Assembly (NCBI GenBank): GCA_025059235.1
Contig: JANXCV010000003.1
Coordinates: 43,392-107,391, forward strand
Direction of reading: 5' to 3'
From: Candidatus Calescibacterium sp.
Lineage (GTDB): Bacteria > DRYD01
DNA: 64,000 nt
Part shown: one piece after another, positions 31,292 through 43,951 of the stretch
How positions within the stretch are numbered: the first letter of the stretch is position 1
Layout: each line of letters begins with the position of its first letter
Notes under the pieces: generated by a model
What the model was told of the DNA's origin: nothing
Databases searched by the model: none
The model's input: only the letters and a program-made list of their open reading frames with translations
Position numbers and translations under genes: made by a program

Positions 31292-32113
31292 ATGGAGCTA
31301 AATATAGTTAGTCCTTCAAAAGATTACTTACAAATAACACCCATTGATAGCGGAGTAGATTACATAAACAAATTATTCTATGTTATTGATTACAGGGAGA
31401 ATAAGCTAAAAGTGTTGGGGGGATACCCTAGTAATTCAGTGATTAATATCACAGGGGAAGCTGATACTGGAAAATCTCTATTATGTCAGCTTGCTACCGT
31501 AGCTAATTCTCCAAAGAAACTAAAAACTCTATATATATCAGTAGAAAATCCTTCTTCATATGTCTCTAATTCTCTTCGGAGATTAGCTCTCTTAAAAAAG
31601 ATAGACTATGAAAGAATTATTGAAAATGTAAAAATACTTGATCTATCTAATGAGTTTCGAATTTTAGATAATATAGAAAAATTTTTCAGAGATTTCTATA
31701 ATTTAGCCAAGGGTTTTAATATCTGTATTTTTGATTCTGTGACAGGGCTATATGAGAATAGAGAAGTTATGGCTAGGTATGTAGTAAGAAGAATATTTCA
31801 AATATCCAAGTCATTAAGGCTGACATGTTTCCTGGTTTCTCAGAAGAGAGAAGATAGTCCTTTTAGTACCCGGTCAGCTGGTGGACTAGCTATATCACAT
31901 ATAGCAGATTGTAACATAGTGCTATCTAAGATCATTGTTTCTTCGTTTACCGAAAAAAAAATTTATGGGGTTGAAGTTGGGGATATAGTTAGGATATTTA
32001 GGATAGATGGATGCAGACTTTGTGGACATAGCTCTAAAAATCACTTCTTCAAAATAAACGAGTATGGATATATAATATTCGAAAATCCTCAAAAAACTCG
32101 AAGTGAAGAATAG
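31292..32113 (+). CDS. KaiC-like / RAD55-family single-domain ATPase (thermophile type)
   Basis: GGYPSNSVINITGEADTGKS (Walker A), FDSVTGLYE, VSQKR, SHIAD and RIDGCRLCGH motifs. Confidence 0.85.
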   Translation: MELNIVSPSKDYLQITPIDSGVDYINKLFYVIDYRENKLKVLGGYPSNSVINITGEADTGKSLLCQLATVANSPKKLKTLYISVENPSSYVSNSLRRLALLKKIDYERIIENVKILDLSNEFRILDNIEKFFRDFYNLAKGFNICIFDSVTGLYENREVMARYVVRRIFQISKSLRLTCFLVSQKREDSPFSTRSAGGLAISHIADCNIVLSKIIVSSFTEKKIYGVEVGDIVRIFRIDGCRLCGHSSKNHFFKINEYGYIIFENPQKTRSEE

Positions 32114-33185
32114 TAAGATAATCACCTTTATAGTTTTTTTCTTGATATACGTTTTGTTACTTAAGAATTACTGGAATCTACTGTTAGCGACGCTAGTTTT
32201 TGCCTACTTTACCGAAGTTTTCCTCGATGTATTTATCTCACTAAAGGAAAAAATAGTAAAGAAAGTGGAGACGCAAATAGATGCTGAAAAATATAAAAAA
32301 TTTGAGTTCATTAAAATCTTTGTCTCGATATTTAGAAAGCTAAAGATAAATATTTTTTTCGTGTACTTATTCTATTTCGTTAGCTTTCTATCTTTTGTTT
32401 TGTTCATATTTATCCCTATTTTGGGACAAGTTGGAAATGTCGTAAAAGTTGGAATGGAAAGATTACCTTACATTTTGAATAACTTTAAGAGTATACTTGA
32501 GAATTTCCTAAAGAGTTATAACATTCATATAAGCATGGAAGATATTTTTTCAAATTTAGGTAATTTGATGAATGTTGTACTTAGTGCTCTAACTAAATTG
32601 ATAACCGCATTTATTTCAAGTTTAGGTGATTGGTTAGTATTGATCCTTCTACCTTTGCTCGGTTTGTATTTCATAGGAGCAAAAAGAGAATTCATTCAAT
32701 GGTTGGAAAATAACTTTCAGGAAAGTGTAGTATTTTTCTTTAAAAGATTTGATCACTATCAGAAACTTTATATTAAAGCGATTATAATCAATATTATTAG
32801 CATAGTTGTTTTATCAAGTTTAATTTTTAGTTTTTTGATCGGTTTAGATGGTATTTCTTACGGAATCATTTATGGTTTATTTTCTTTTATTCCTATAATC
32901 GGTCCAATTTTGGGTAGCTTACCCATTATTATCATTTCATTCAGTAAATCTTTGGTATTAGGTATAATTATGATAGTGGTAGTTTTTTTGATTCAGCAAT
33001 TATCTGATAATTTGATTATGCCAAAGACAGTTGAGAGATTTATGGTAGTTAATCCATTTCTTTCAATAATCTCTATATTAGGATTTTATACCATTTTCAA
33101 CTTTTGGTCTATTTTTATAGCTGTTCCGTTAACTCTTACTATTAGGGATCTGATTGAGAATCAGAAAGGAGGAGATAGAAATTGA
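32103..33185 (+). CDS. AI-2E family transporter
   Basis: Multi-TM; SFIPIIGP and QQLSDNLIMPK motifs. Confidence 0.85.
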   Translation: MKNSKIITFIVFFLIYVLLLKNYWNLLLATLVFAYFTEVFLDVFISLKEKIVKKVETQIDAEKYKKFEFIKIFVSIFRKLKINIFFVYLFYFVSFLSFVLFIFIPILGQVGNVVKVGMERLPYILNNFKSILENFLKSYNIHISMEDIFSNLGNLMNVVLSALTKLITAFISSLGDWLVLILLPLLGLYFIGAKREFIQWLENNFQESVVFFFKRFDHYQKLYIKAIIINIISIVVLSSLIFSFLIGLDGISYGIIYGLFSFIPIIGPILGSLPIIIISFSKSLVLGIIMIVVVFLIQQLSDNLIMPKTVERFMVVNPFLSIISILGFYTIFNFWSIFIAVPLTLTIRDLIENQKGGDRN

Positions 33186-34291
33186 TAGAGGAATTGATCT
33201 TTCATAGAAGGAACCTACATAGAATCCCTGAGCTGGGATTTCAGGAATATAAAACTCAGCAGTATATTATTGATAACATTAGTTCATTTGTGGATAGATA
33301 TCAAGTTATGGCCAAGACTGGTGTTGTTGGTTTTCTTAACAATGGAGCTAGAAAGACGATTATTATAAGGGCAGATATGGATGGACTACCAATTCAGGAG
33401 GATAATCAGGTAGAATATAGATCGATCCATGATGGCTTGATGCATGCTTGTGGACATGATTCTCATATGGCTATCCTTATTTCTCTTGTTAAATATTTTT
33501 ATCTTCATAGAGAAAATCTGAAAGTCAACTTAAAGTATATGTTTCAGCCTGCTGAAGAGGGTTTAGGAGGGGCAAAATTGATGATTGAAGAAGGAGTTCT
33601 CGAAAATGTTGATTTTGCTCTGGCAATTCATGTTTGGAATGAATTGGAATATGGCAAGATTGGAATTGGGAAGGGACCGGTAATGGCTTCAGCAGATTGG
33701 TTCGAAATCGAAATAATCGGAAAAGGTGCTCATGCAGCTACCCCAGATCTAGCAATAGACCCAATCCTTACTGCTTCTCTATTCATCAATCAAGTCTACA
33801 ATATTTTCCCAAGAATATTTAAAGAATACATACTTTCTTTTACATATATAGAAGCCGGTACTTCTACCAACATAATCCCTGAAAATTGTATCCTAAAAGG
33901 GACAGTGAGAAATTTCAACGAAGACACCAGGAAAAAAATAGCCATCTATTTAGAACAAAACCTAAAAGATATCTGTAGGTCAGTAGGTGCAAAATACGTC
34001 TTCAAATACGAATTTGGTTATCCTGTATTGGTAAACAATGAATGGTTATATAATATTGGTGTTGAGGTTGCTACAAAGTTAGTAGGTAGAGAGAATATAA
34101 CTGATTTCAGGTCTTATGGAGCGGAGGATATGGCTTTTGTGCTGCAGAAAGTACCAGGATTATATGTTGCTATTGGATCAGGAAAAGGTAACCCCCACCA
34201 TTCTCCAAAATTCGATATCAACGAACAGTCTATGCTTATTGGTTTTGAGTTCCTCAAGAACATGGTTCTTGAAATACAGGAAAGAATATAA
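33182..34291 (+). CDS. M20D amidohydrolase
   Basis: HRIPELGFQE, RADMDGLP, MHACGHD, FQPAEE and HHSPKFD motifs. Confidence 0.93.
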   Translation: MIEELIFHRRNLHRIPELGFQEYKTQQYIIDNISSFVDRYQVMAKTGVVGFLNNGARKTIIIRADMDGLPIQEDNQVEYRSIHDGLMHACGHDSHMAILISLVKYFYLHRENLKVNLKYMFQPAEEGLGGAKLMIEEGVLENVDFALAIHVWNELEYGKIGIGKGPVMASADWFEIEIIGKGAHAATPDLAIDPILTASLFINQVYNIFPRIFKEYILSFTYIEAGTSTNIIPENCILKGTVRNFNEDTRKKIAIYLEQNLKDICRSVGAKYVFKYEFGYPVLVNNEWLYNIGVEVATKLVGRENITDFRSYGAEDMAFVLQKVPGLYVAIGSGKGNPHHSPKFDINEQSMLIGFEFLKNMVLEIQERI

Positions 34292-36349
<2,058 letters not shown>

Positions 36350-36356
<7 letters not shown>

Positions 36357-38326
36357 AGTTCTCCCTCCTGATATAGTTCTAAATCTATTTCTTCTGTATA
36401 TGGATTACATTTTTTTATGGTTACTTTGATTTCTTGGTTTGTTTTCGTTTCTGAGTAATTTCCCTTCAACTTTCCTATGATATTGAACTCTGGTAGGTAT
36501 ACTTTAGCTCCGTTTTTATCTTTTTCTAGGATTATACCTTTTGTCCTTTCTTTATAGTTTGATAGGAATTTAAGAAGGAAGTATCTATTTCTTCTTGTTT
36601 GGAGGTATTGTGCTCTTTGGATATTGGATTCTATTTCTGGTAGCATTTTTAGAATGTCGTTTTCTGTTAATGTGGGGATTCCTGTTAGGAAGGATAGTAG
36701 TTGATATTGATTTAGAAGATCTATGAATCTTCTGATGGGAGAGGTTAGTGTGAGGTAGCATTTTAATCCTAATCCACTGTGTGGCTTGGGAATCGTTGAA
36801 AATTCAACTTTATGGATATACTTCAATTGATTTAGCATATCAACTATGTTATTGATCGGTATTATTTTTTGGGGATCTCTTTGTGTACGGTATAAAGCCG
36901 GTATATTGTTCTTCTCCATAAATTGGGCAGAATAATAATTTGTTAGTATCATTGCTTCAGATACAAAATCTCTTGCCTTAGTCATCTCTATCTTTTTTAT
37001 TTTGAGTTCGCCATTTATAACTCTGACGATTATTTCTGGTAAAAATATTATTAATGCTCCTCTCTGTAATCTGTAATTTTTGTGTTCTGACATAATTTTA
37101 TAAAGTGTATTCCAGAATTTTTCTCCTGATTCTATTTCTTTGTCTATTTCTGAATACGTGAACCTATTTTTTACTTTTATTAGGGATATTATTGGTTCGA
37201 AATTGATTATGCTTAGATCGTTAATGGAAATTTCGAATTTAAAGGTTAAGGTGTTTCTTAACTCACCTTTTTTTAGGCTAAATTTTTCTTCGGATAGTTC
37301 AGTTGGTAGCATTGGTATAACGTTGTCAGGTAAGTACAAAGTTTGCATTCTGCATAGGGCTTTTTCAAATAGATTACTTCCGGGCTTAATAAACAGAGAT
37401 ACGTTGGAAATGTGTACATAAAGGATTGTTTTTCTATCTTTTACTTCTACACTGATTGCGTCATCAAAATCTTTGGTCTCTTCGGAATCTATTGTAAAGG
37501 TGTTTAAGTGTGTTAGATCGACGGATTGTTCGAGATTTATCTCTTTTTTGAAGATTTCGGCTGACTCTTGAAGGTCTTTCTCGGTAAATTCTGGAAACTT
37601 TAACCTATAAAGTTCGTAGAAATAATCTGGATCAACAAAATTGTTTTTTACCAATAAATCGAAGATCTTCGGATGGTTATCTATTTTTTTGATCTTCAGC
37701 GTTTCTTCCACTAATTCATCTTTTTCACTAGAAACCACGTAGTTCTTCAATTTTTCTATCCATATTTTTTCTTGCTCTTCTATATCTTGAAGATTTATCA
37801 ATTTGGTAATTGTTTTAATGAGTTCCTGTTGATTTTTTATTTTTTCTTGTTCTTTTTGTATCTTTTCTTTTTCTTTTCTTTGCCTTTCTAGTATTTCATT
37901 GACTTCTTTCTCCGATAACTTTATTATCTTATCGTTGTTGATTATTTTGAAGAAATTATTGGTTTCTATTATTTTTCTATAGAATCCTGCTACTTCATCA
38001 TCTGTAGGTTTTCTACCGAGATATAGTTCGAGGACAAGTATTGTATCGTATTCTTTTTCTTCTAGGATATCCCACAATTCATGAAGATTAAATATTTGTT
38101 TGATTTGGTCGCGGAGTTTATTTTTTTCTACGAGATCTTGTATATCGGCCGACGATTTTTGGATACCTACGTGGATGATTTCATCCATGTCCAGTATTTC
38201 TTCTTTTCCTGTAGGTAGTATAACTATGAGTTTTTTTCCTTTTACTTGTTTTACAAAAGCACAAGTAGGTTTATCTTTGTAAATAGTTTCCACTATATAG
38301 CCTACTAGGTTATTTCTTGGAATCAT
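36350..38326 (-). CDS. RNB-domain exoribonuclease (RNase II family)
   Basis: TIDSEETKDFDDAIS, PHSGLG and TSPIRRFIDL motifs; C-terminal S1-like region. Confidence 0.92.
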
Positions 38327-38434
38327 GAGTCTATATTCCCTATTGTTTTGTTCTGTAATTGAATTGATATTTCCTTGAGTAAGTAGTATTTTTGCAAGGG
38401 TAAGGATTTGTTAGAATTGAAATAGATTAATGAA

Positions 38435-40633
38435 GTGAGAATTGTTATTTCTGAGGAATCCTCTTTTGAGAAGGTACGATATTCAATCAATAGTTTGAAT
38501 TTTGAGCTTAATTGTTTTTCTGTCGATGGTGAATTAAAGGACTTTTTCCCTTATCCTAAGATGAACCCTATACAATCTGTGTTTTATACGTACTACAACA
38601 AAGATTTCAGAAATGTTATAGTATCAACACCTACCTCTTCTGGTAAGTCAGGCATTATCTATCTTGCGGTTTACAAACATTTTGATAAATATTTTAAAGG
38701 TTTTATATATTCTTCTCCTACTAAAGCTTTGATAGAAGAGAAGTATAGGGAATTTAAGCTTTTTTATGGTCCTAGAAACCTAAGGGTTGACATAAAAACT
38801 GGAGACTATATATCGAAAAAAATAGATCCTTCTACGGATATAATATGTACTACGTATGACAGTTTGGTTATTGCTATGAGAAGTCAGAATGAGTGGGTAG
38901 ATAAGAGTTTCATAGTAATAGACGAAGTTCACACGTTAGTTTCTAGTATGGGTAAGTATTTGATAGAGATATTGGCTCTTGTAAAAAACTACCAGATTCC
39001 TTTGATTCTATTGTCTGGTACACTTCCTATATTAGAAGATCTGGAAAATTATCTGAATCCAGAATTGGTATTGATAAGTAAATACAGACCTGTAAAACTT
39101 AACACCTACTCATTATTTTTAAGTAAGGAATATCTTAAGGATTTTTATACTGATTTGGGCTTAAGTGTAAAGAAAATAAGTGAAAAATCGATTCTTTATG
39201 TCTTAGAAGCCTGTGTAAATAGAGCGAAGAGTGGGGAAAAAATAATAATATTCGTTTGGTCTAAAAGCCTGGGTTGGCAGTTTCTCAAATTTGCTTCTTT
39301 GTTGGGACTAAAAATAAAGAATGAAACTATCAATTTTGATTTGGAAAATTTACCAAAGCTTGACATAGGTATTGCTTTTCATAATGCTGATATTCCTTTT
39401 GATGAAAGACAAAAAATCGAGCAAGAGTTTAGAGATGATTCCTCAGATTTAAGAATACTGATTGCTACACAAACTTTGGCTATGGGGGTTAATCTCCCAG
39501 CAGATACTACTTTTATTAATATTAAAACTTACTATACTACTGAAGGTTGGAAAATTTTACCATCAGTTTTGGATATATTGCAGGAAGAGGGTAGAGTTGG
39601 TAGGTTTGGACTGAGGAAAGAAGGCCATAGTTTCAGAGTCTTCTGGAATCCTCCAAATACCATGAAAAAAAAATTATTGAACCTGGAAAATATGCTTAAG
39701 GACTATACAGAGTATTTTGAAGAATCAACATTCCATAACATTTTATCTATCCTAATCCTCTCATCTATAAATTTGTTCGGTGATGAAAGATTAGTTTTCA
39801 GTTCTATAATTAAAACCTATTTTGAGCAAGATGAACTAAAAAAGATAGTATCAACCTACATAGGATTATTGCAAGAATGGGGCTTTATCAATAATAATAA
39901 GTTAACAGTCAAATCTTTTATATCTATTCATACAAATATTCCTCCTCATTTTTTACAGGGATTTTTTGAGATGATGAAATTTATAAAGAAAATAGTTATA
40001 CATTATTTGGATTTCGCTTATCTTTTAGCGATCAGATGTCTACTTCATACAAAAAATTTTACTTCATACACTGATATGTACGAATTTTATGATTGGAAGG
40101 GGGTTATTCAGGAGAGTTTGAAAATAGGCAAAAAAAAATTGGAAGATATTCAAGAGCTTATAGAAATACTGATATCAGATTATCTGGGATTTTTTGTTCT
40201 CGATAAAAAGAAGTATATAGAAAGGTTATGGATAGGATGTTGGGAGTACCTATGTTGGTGTTCAGGTATAATTATGCAGAAATATCCTAAGCCTATAGGA
40301 GAGTATTCTACTATAAAGACGGATGTCAACCATTTAATATGGAGTTTATATCGTTGTTTACCAAAAAAAGATATTGAACCAGAATTAATAAAAAGATATG
40401 AACTGAGTCTGATATATGGAAGTAATCCTAACTACTCGATACTTGGAAAAATTAAGGACATTGGTCATAAGAGAATAGCAATTTTATCTCAAAAGCTTCA
40501 GGAAATAGGTATCGAATACCTGCACTGTGAAGAAGAGATTTTTCAATATGAAGAAGTATTGAGCAATGACAGAGATATAAAGAGTATTCTTGGTATTATA
40601 AAAAAGAATCTCTTGACGAGAAAGTTATTCTAG
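38435..40633 (+). CDS. Ski2/Hel308-like SF2 DExH helicase
   Basis: PTSSGKS, PTKAL, DEVH, LSGT, FHNA, TQTLAMGVNLPA and QEEGRVGR motifs; C-terminal HhH-like KDIG. Confidence 0.88.
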   Translation: MRIVISEESSFEKVRYSINSLNFELNCFSVDGELKDFFPYPKMNPIQSVFYTYYNKDFRNVIVSTPTSSGKSGIIYLAVYKHFDKYFKGFIYSSPTKALIEEKYREFKLFYGPRNLRVDIKTGDYISKKIDPSTDIICTTYDSLVIAMRSQNEWVDKSFIVIDEVHTLVSSMGKYLIEILALVKNYQIPLILLSGTLPILEDLENYLNPELVLISKYRPVKLNTYSLFLSKEYLKDFYTDLGLSVKKISEKSILYVLEACVNRAKSGEKIIIFVWSKSLGWQFLKFASLLGLKIKNETINFDLENLPKLDIGIAFHNADIPFDERQKIEQEFRDDSSDLRILIATQTLAMGVNLPADTTFINIKTYYTTEGWKILPSVLDILQEEGRVGRFGLRKEGHSFRVFWNPPNTMKKKLLNLENMLKDYTEYFEESTFHNILSILILSSINLFGDERLVFSSIIKTYFEQDELKKIVSTYIGLLQEWGFINNNKLTVKSFISIHTNIPPHFLQGFFEMMKFIKKIVIHYLDFAYLLAIRCLLHTKNFTSYTDMYEFYDWKGVIQESLKIGKKKLEDIQELIEILISDYLGFFVLDKKKYIERLWIGCWEYLCWCSGIIMQKYPKPIGEYSTIKTDVNHLIWSLYRCLPKKDIEPELIKRYELSLIYGSNPNYSILGKIKDIGHKRIAILSQKLQEIGIEYLHCEEEIFQYEEVLSNDRDIKSILGIIKKNLLTRKLF

Positions 40634-40701
40634 AGTTTTTTCTAATCTCTGAGGATTTTTTCATCGATTTTTATAAATATAAATTGGAGGTGATGATTTT
40701 C

Positions 40702-43700
40702 ATGTCTAGCAGAAAAGGGATTCTTCTTATTAGTACACTGTTCTTCGTAGTTGTATTAATAATGATGTCTATAGCTTTATTTGGTCTAACAAGAACGAAT
40801 TATCAAGTAAATAGGGAATACTTTGCTAATCAGAAATCGATTACCAATGCTGAGAATGCAATCCAGATAATGATGTTTCTAATCCAGCATAACCCAAATG
40901 CTTTTGAAATAAGGGATAATCAAGTCTGGTTTCCTCTTGATGATCAACATAACCTTTTGCCCCAAATAAGGAAGGTATTGACAGATCAAAACTTTATGAG
41001 AAATTTGCCATATTTTTACATTTTCGTTGATTTAAGCAATAATGAGATTATACAGCATAACTACATTACTAATCTTCCAAGAATATCTATAGATGAGCGT
41101 GCTGAAAAAAAAATGTATGCTGTAATTTTTGTTCCCAAGAATAAGGATATATCTGAAGAGGGAGTAGTTCTATTTTTTGGTAATCATCTTCATCCTGAGA
41201 ATATAACCCGTAAAGATAATGCTAATCTTGCTTTTTATAGAATAAATGGACGGGGAAATGTAACTTTTTACATAAGCAGTGTTCCAAATAATAATGCTTT
41301 CCCAGTGTACTCTTCTTTAAATAATGGAAATTCCGATGTAGAAATAAACAAAATATCTCCGCAGAGTAGTAGGCAAATAAAAAAGTATTATTTGTCTCTT
41401 TTCGTAACTAGTTATTCTCTGGTTCCAGGTACACTAAGATATAAAGTAAACTATATTGAACAGCATTTTTTGAGATCATCAATGATACAAGCTAATTTAC
41501 TAAATACTGGAACTACTAACATACGAGCAACGAAACTAAACATAATTTCAGATTACTTTGAATCAAACAAGTTTATCTCTAAAAAATATGAATACTTATC
41601 TTTAGAATCCACCAAGTTTAATTCTCCTACTTCTTCTACTATCAAGGGAAAGTTGATTTCTAAAGATACAAATAATGCTGGCTTAAACTTCCAAGGACAA
41701 GATTATAGTTTTGAACAAATACTATCTAGCCCAGATTTATACAATCAAGTAAAAAACACTATACAGGCTGATTTACAAACCACCCAGAATATTGGTGATA
41801 CTAAAAAACTACGAGATTTTATCGTAAATAAAATAAGACAACAATCATATGTTTCACTCCCCCCAGGATGGTATGTGTTTAAAGATGGAAATAAACTAGT
41901 ATATTTCCCTTCATATTATACATATGATCAGGTTAAAAATGATATTGGAAATGTAGAAACAAAAGCAGAAAGATTAAATGAATTAACCCCAAACGGACCA
42001 GTTATCATAGAAGATCGTCTTATGGATTCAAGTGGTGAAAATGTTGTTTTCGAAATAAAAGATTATAATTTAAAAATTTCTACAAATATTAAGGTTGATG
42101 GTAGTTTCATTCATATAACAAGTTTTGGTGATAGCTATTTTGGTAACAGGGATATAAGAATGGAATTAAACGGCACTACATTTTTTGCTGAGAATTCTGC
42201 GATAGTTGTAGATGGAATGATAAAGGGTGTAGGGAGTTTGGTTGCTACCGGTGATGGAAGTTTTTCAGGACATCGTGCTATGAACTACTATGATCTAAAT
42301 CTAAATTCTTACTGGTCTCCGTATAGTTCATCAGATCCAGCACACCCTGTTTACCGGGGGGATGTCATAGCAAGGTTTGATCAATTGAGAAGCCCAAATT
42401 CTAACGTAGCAATCATAGCCGATAATAATTTCATTGTTAACCCCCTTTCTAGTCAAGATAATATTGACTTTTTTGATAAACTAATTTTGTCAGAGTTGAT
42501 AAAATATGCTTCAGATCCCACTTACAATAATAGTGACAATAACTGGCGATTGGTTTACAATAATAGTGACAATAACTGGCGATTGGTTTACAATAATAGT
42601 GACAATAACTTGCTATTGGAAAGTGATCCGCGAGGTGGTAACTCTACTACTTTTAAACCTACTACTTTTTTCCAACTCATTTTAGATAATCCAGAAAATA
42701 TTGATCAGTTGTTTGTGCATGGAGGAAAGCTTAAGTCAAAGGATCCGGCGTTGAGTAATTATATTATTAAGATTAGTAGTTCTCAAAGTGGAAATCAAAG
42801 TCAAAGTTCAATGCTTGTAGATCCTCGTATCTTTAGTTCTAGTCCTCTGTATAGCAATAATAATCCCAATAATATTTTCGATAGAATAGTAAGTTACACT
42901 ACTAGTAGTGATCTTCTAATGAATAAATCAATTTCGATTAGTTCCAGTGGGATAAATATTTCTGATAATCCTAATAATACTACACGCATACCTACAGACA
43001 GACTTCCTTTTCTGAGTGCTCTCGGAAGTGAAACATATGATTTTTCCGGCGCAGAGTGTATATCATATTGGAACGATAATATTGCTTTTTTAATCGTGGG
43101 ATATGGAAGTTCTAGTTCCACAGCTGGACTACATGTATTTGTTTTTGAAAAACCAGCCAATCAGGGGTCGTGGATAAAAGTTTTTGACAGGAGAATTAAT
43201 GCAAACATAAGCCCTGACAATGTTAAAGGAGTATTTGATGATATCGATTCGATTGATTCGGATAATGATATAACACTGGAGAAGTTAGCTATTATTCTTG
43301 AAGCTGCTATGAAGAATGACGGAAACCTTCTAAATTGTTGGGAAGGAGTAGATAAGAGGAATGAAGGAAAAATTAGGGAAAGAGGAACTTCAATTATAGG
43401 GAATAGACTAAAGGGATTGTATAGTGATTATTATAAAATGTTAGCTGAGAATGGTCTAAGTTCCAGAGCTGGTAATTATAAGGAATTATTTAGCGAACAA
43501 AAAGTTAATGAAAATTATTTTCCTTTTCTAATGGTGAAAGGTGGTATTCAAGCTGGCGAAAAAGCAAGAGATCTTTTAGAAAGAAATAGGTTGAAAATTG
43601 ATCCAACTTCGGATTTGGTGGGGTTTTCAAATCTGGTAGTCAATAAATATGAATTTGCATCTTTATACCTTTCAAAACCATCAGATGTAAAGTTAGAGGG

Positions 43701-43935
43701 ATTAATATGGGTTGGTAAGAACTTTAAAGCTGTTACAGGTAGAAGGAATAATCTACTTTTGAAGGGAGCAATAATAGTTGGTAGAGATCAAGATGCTATG
43801 CTTGGTATAAAAGGTGTAAATAATACATCGTTTATTTTTGATACTGACATAATAGATATGTTAGAAAATGCAGCGGCTCCGTCAATAATGATACCTGTAT
43901 TTTACAAGCAATATGATAAAATATATACGCGATAA
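40702..43935 (+). CDS. Large PilX-like (type IV pilus / T2SS minor pilin N-terminus) surface protein
   Basis: MSSRKG|ILLISTLFFVVVLIMMSIALF...AENAI matches the PilX N-terminal pattern. GGAGGTG RBS precedes ATG 40702. Body is beta-rich and Asn/Ser-rich. Confidence 0.72.
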   Translation: MSSRKGILLISTLFFVVVLIMMSIALFGLTRTNYQVNREYFANQKSITNAENAIQIMMFLIQHNPNAFEIRDNQVWFPLDDQHNLLPQIRKVLTDQNFMRNLPYFYIFVDLSNNEIIQHNYITNLPRISIDERAEKKMYAVIFVPKNKDISEEGVVLFFGNHLHPENITRKDNANLAFYRINGRGNVTFYISSVPNNNAFPVYSSLNNGNSDVEINKISPQSSRQIKKYYLSLFVTSYSLVPGTLRYKVNYIEQHFLRSSMIQANLLNTGTTNIRATKLNIISDYFESNKFISKKYEYLSLESTKFNSPTSSTIKGKLISKDTNNAGLNFQGQDYSFEQILSSPDLYNQVKNTIQADLQTTQNIGDTKKLRDFIVNKIRQQSYVSLPPGWYVFKDGNKLVYFPSYYTYDQVKNDIGNVETKAERLNELTPNGPVIIEDRLMDSSGENVVFEIKDYNLKISTNIKVDGSFIHITSFGDSYFGNRDIRMELNGTTFFAENSAIVVDGMIKGVGSLVATGDGSFSGHRAMNYYDLNLNSYWSPYSSSDPAHPVYRGDVIARFDQLRSPNSNVAIIADNNFIVNPLSSQDNIDFFDKLILSELIKYASDPTYNNSDNNWRLVYNNSDNNWRLVYNNSDNNLLLESDPRGGNSTTFKPTTFFQLILDNPENIDQLFVHGGKLKSKDPALSNYIIKISSSQSGNQSQSSMLVDPRIFSSSPLYSNNNPNNIFDRIVSYTTSSDLLMNKSISISSSGINISDNPNNTTRIPTDRLPFLSALGSETYDFSGAECISYWNDNIAFLIVGYGSSSSTAGLHVFVFEKPANQGSWIKVFDRRINANISPDNVKGVFDDIDSIDSDNDITLEKLAIILEAAMKNDGNLLNCWEGVDKRNEGKIRERGTSIIGNRLKGLYSDYYKMLAENGLSSRAGNYKELFSEQKVNENYFPFLMVKGGIQAGEKARDLLERNRLKIDPTSDLVGFSNLVVNKYEFASLYLSKPSDVKLEGLIWVGKNFKAVTGRRNNLLLKGAIIVGRDQDAMLGIKGVNNTSFIFDTDIIDMLENAAAPSIMIPVFYKQYDKIYTR
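42522..42610 (+). repeat. Perfect 33-bp in-frame tandem repeat, about 2.7 copies
   Basis: Unit TTACAATAATAGTGACAATAACTGGCGATTGGT, encoding YNNSDNNWRLV. Confidence 0.95.
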
Positions 43936-43951
43936 CCGAGAGGATAAAAAA

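Noticed and set aside
31292-32113. Circadian clock KaiC
   Set aside because: It has a single ATPase domain and no kaiA/kaiB nearby; it fits the thermophile KaiC-like family instead.
42522-42610. 33-bp repeat as a CRISPR array
   Set aside because: The units are directly adjacent with no spacers, lie in frame inside a CDS, and no cas genes are present.
43933-43951. ACCGAG(A)GGATAA after the stops of both pilin-like genes (also 9543-9553, minus strand)
   Set aside because: Only two short, imperfect copies; cannot be separated from chance.
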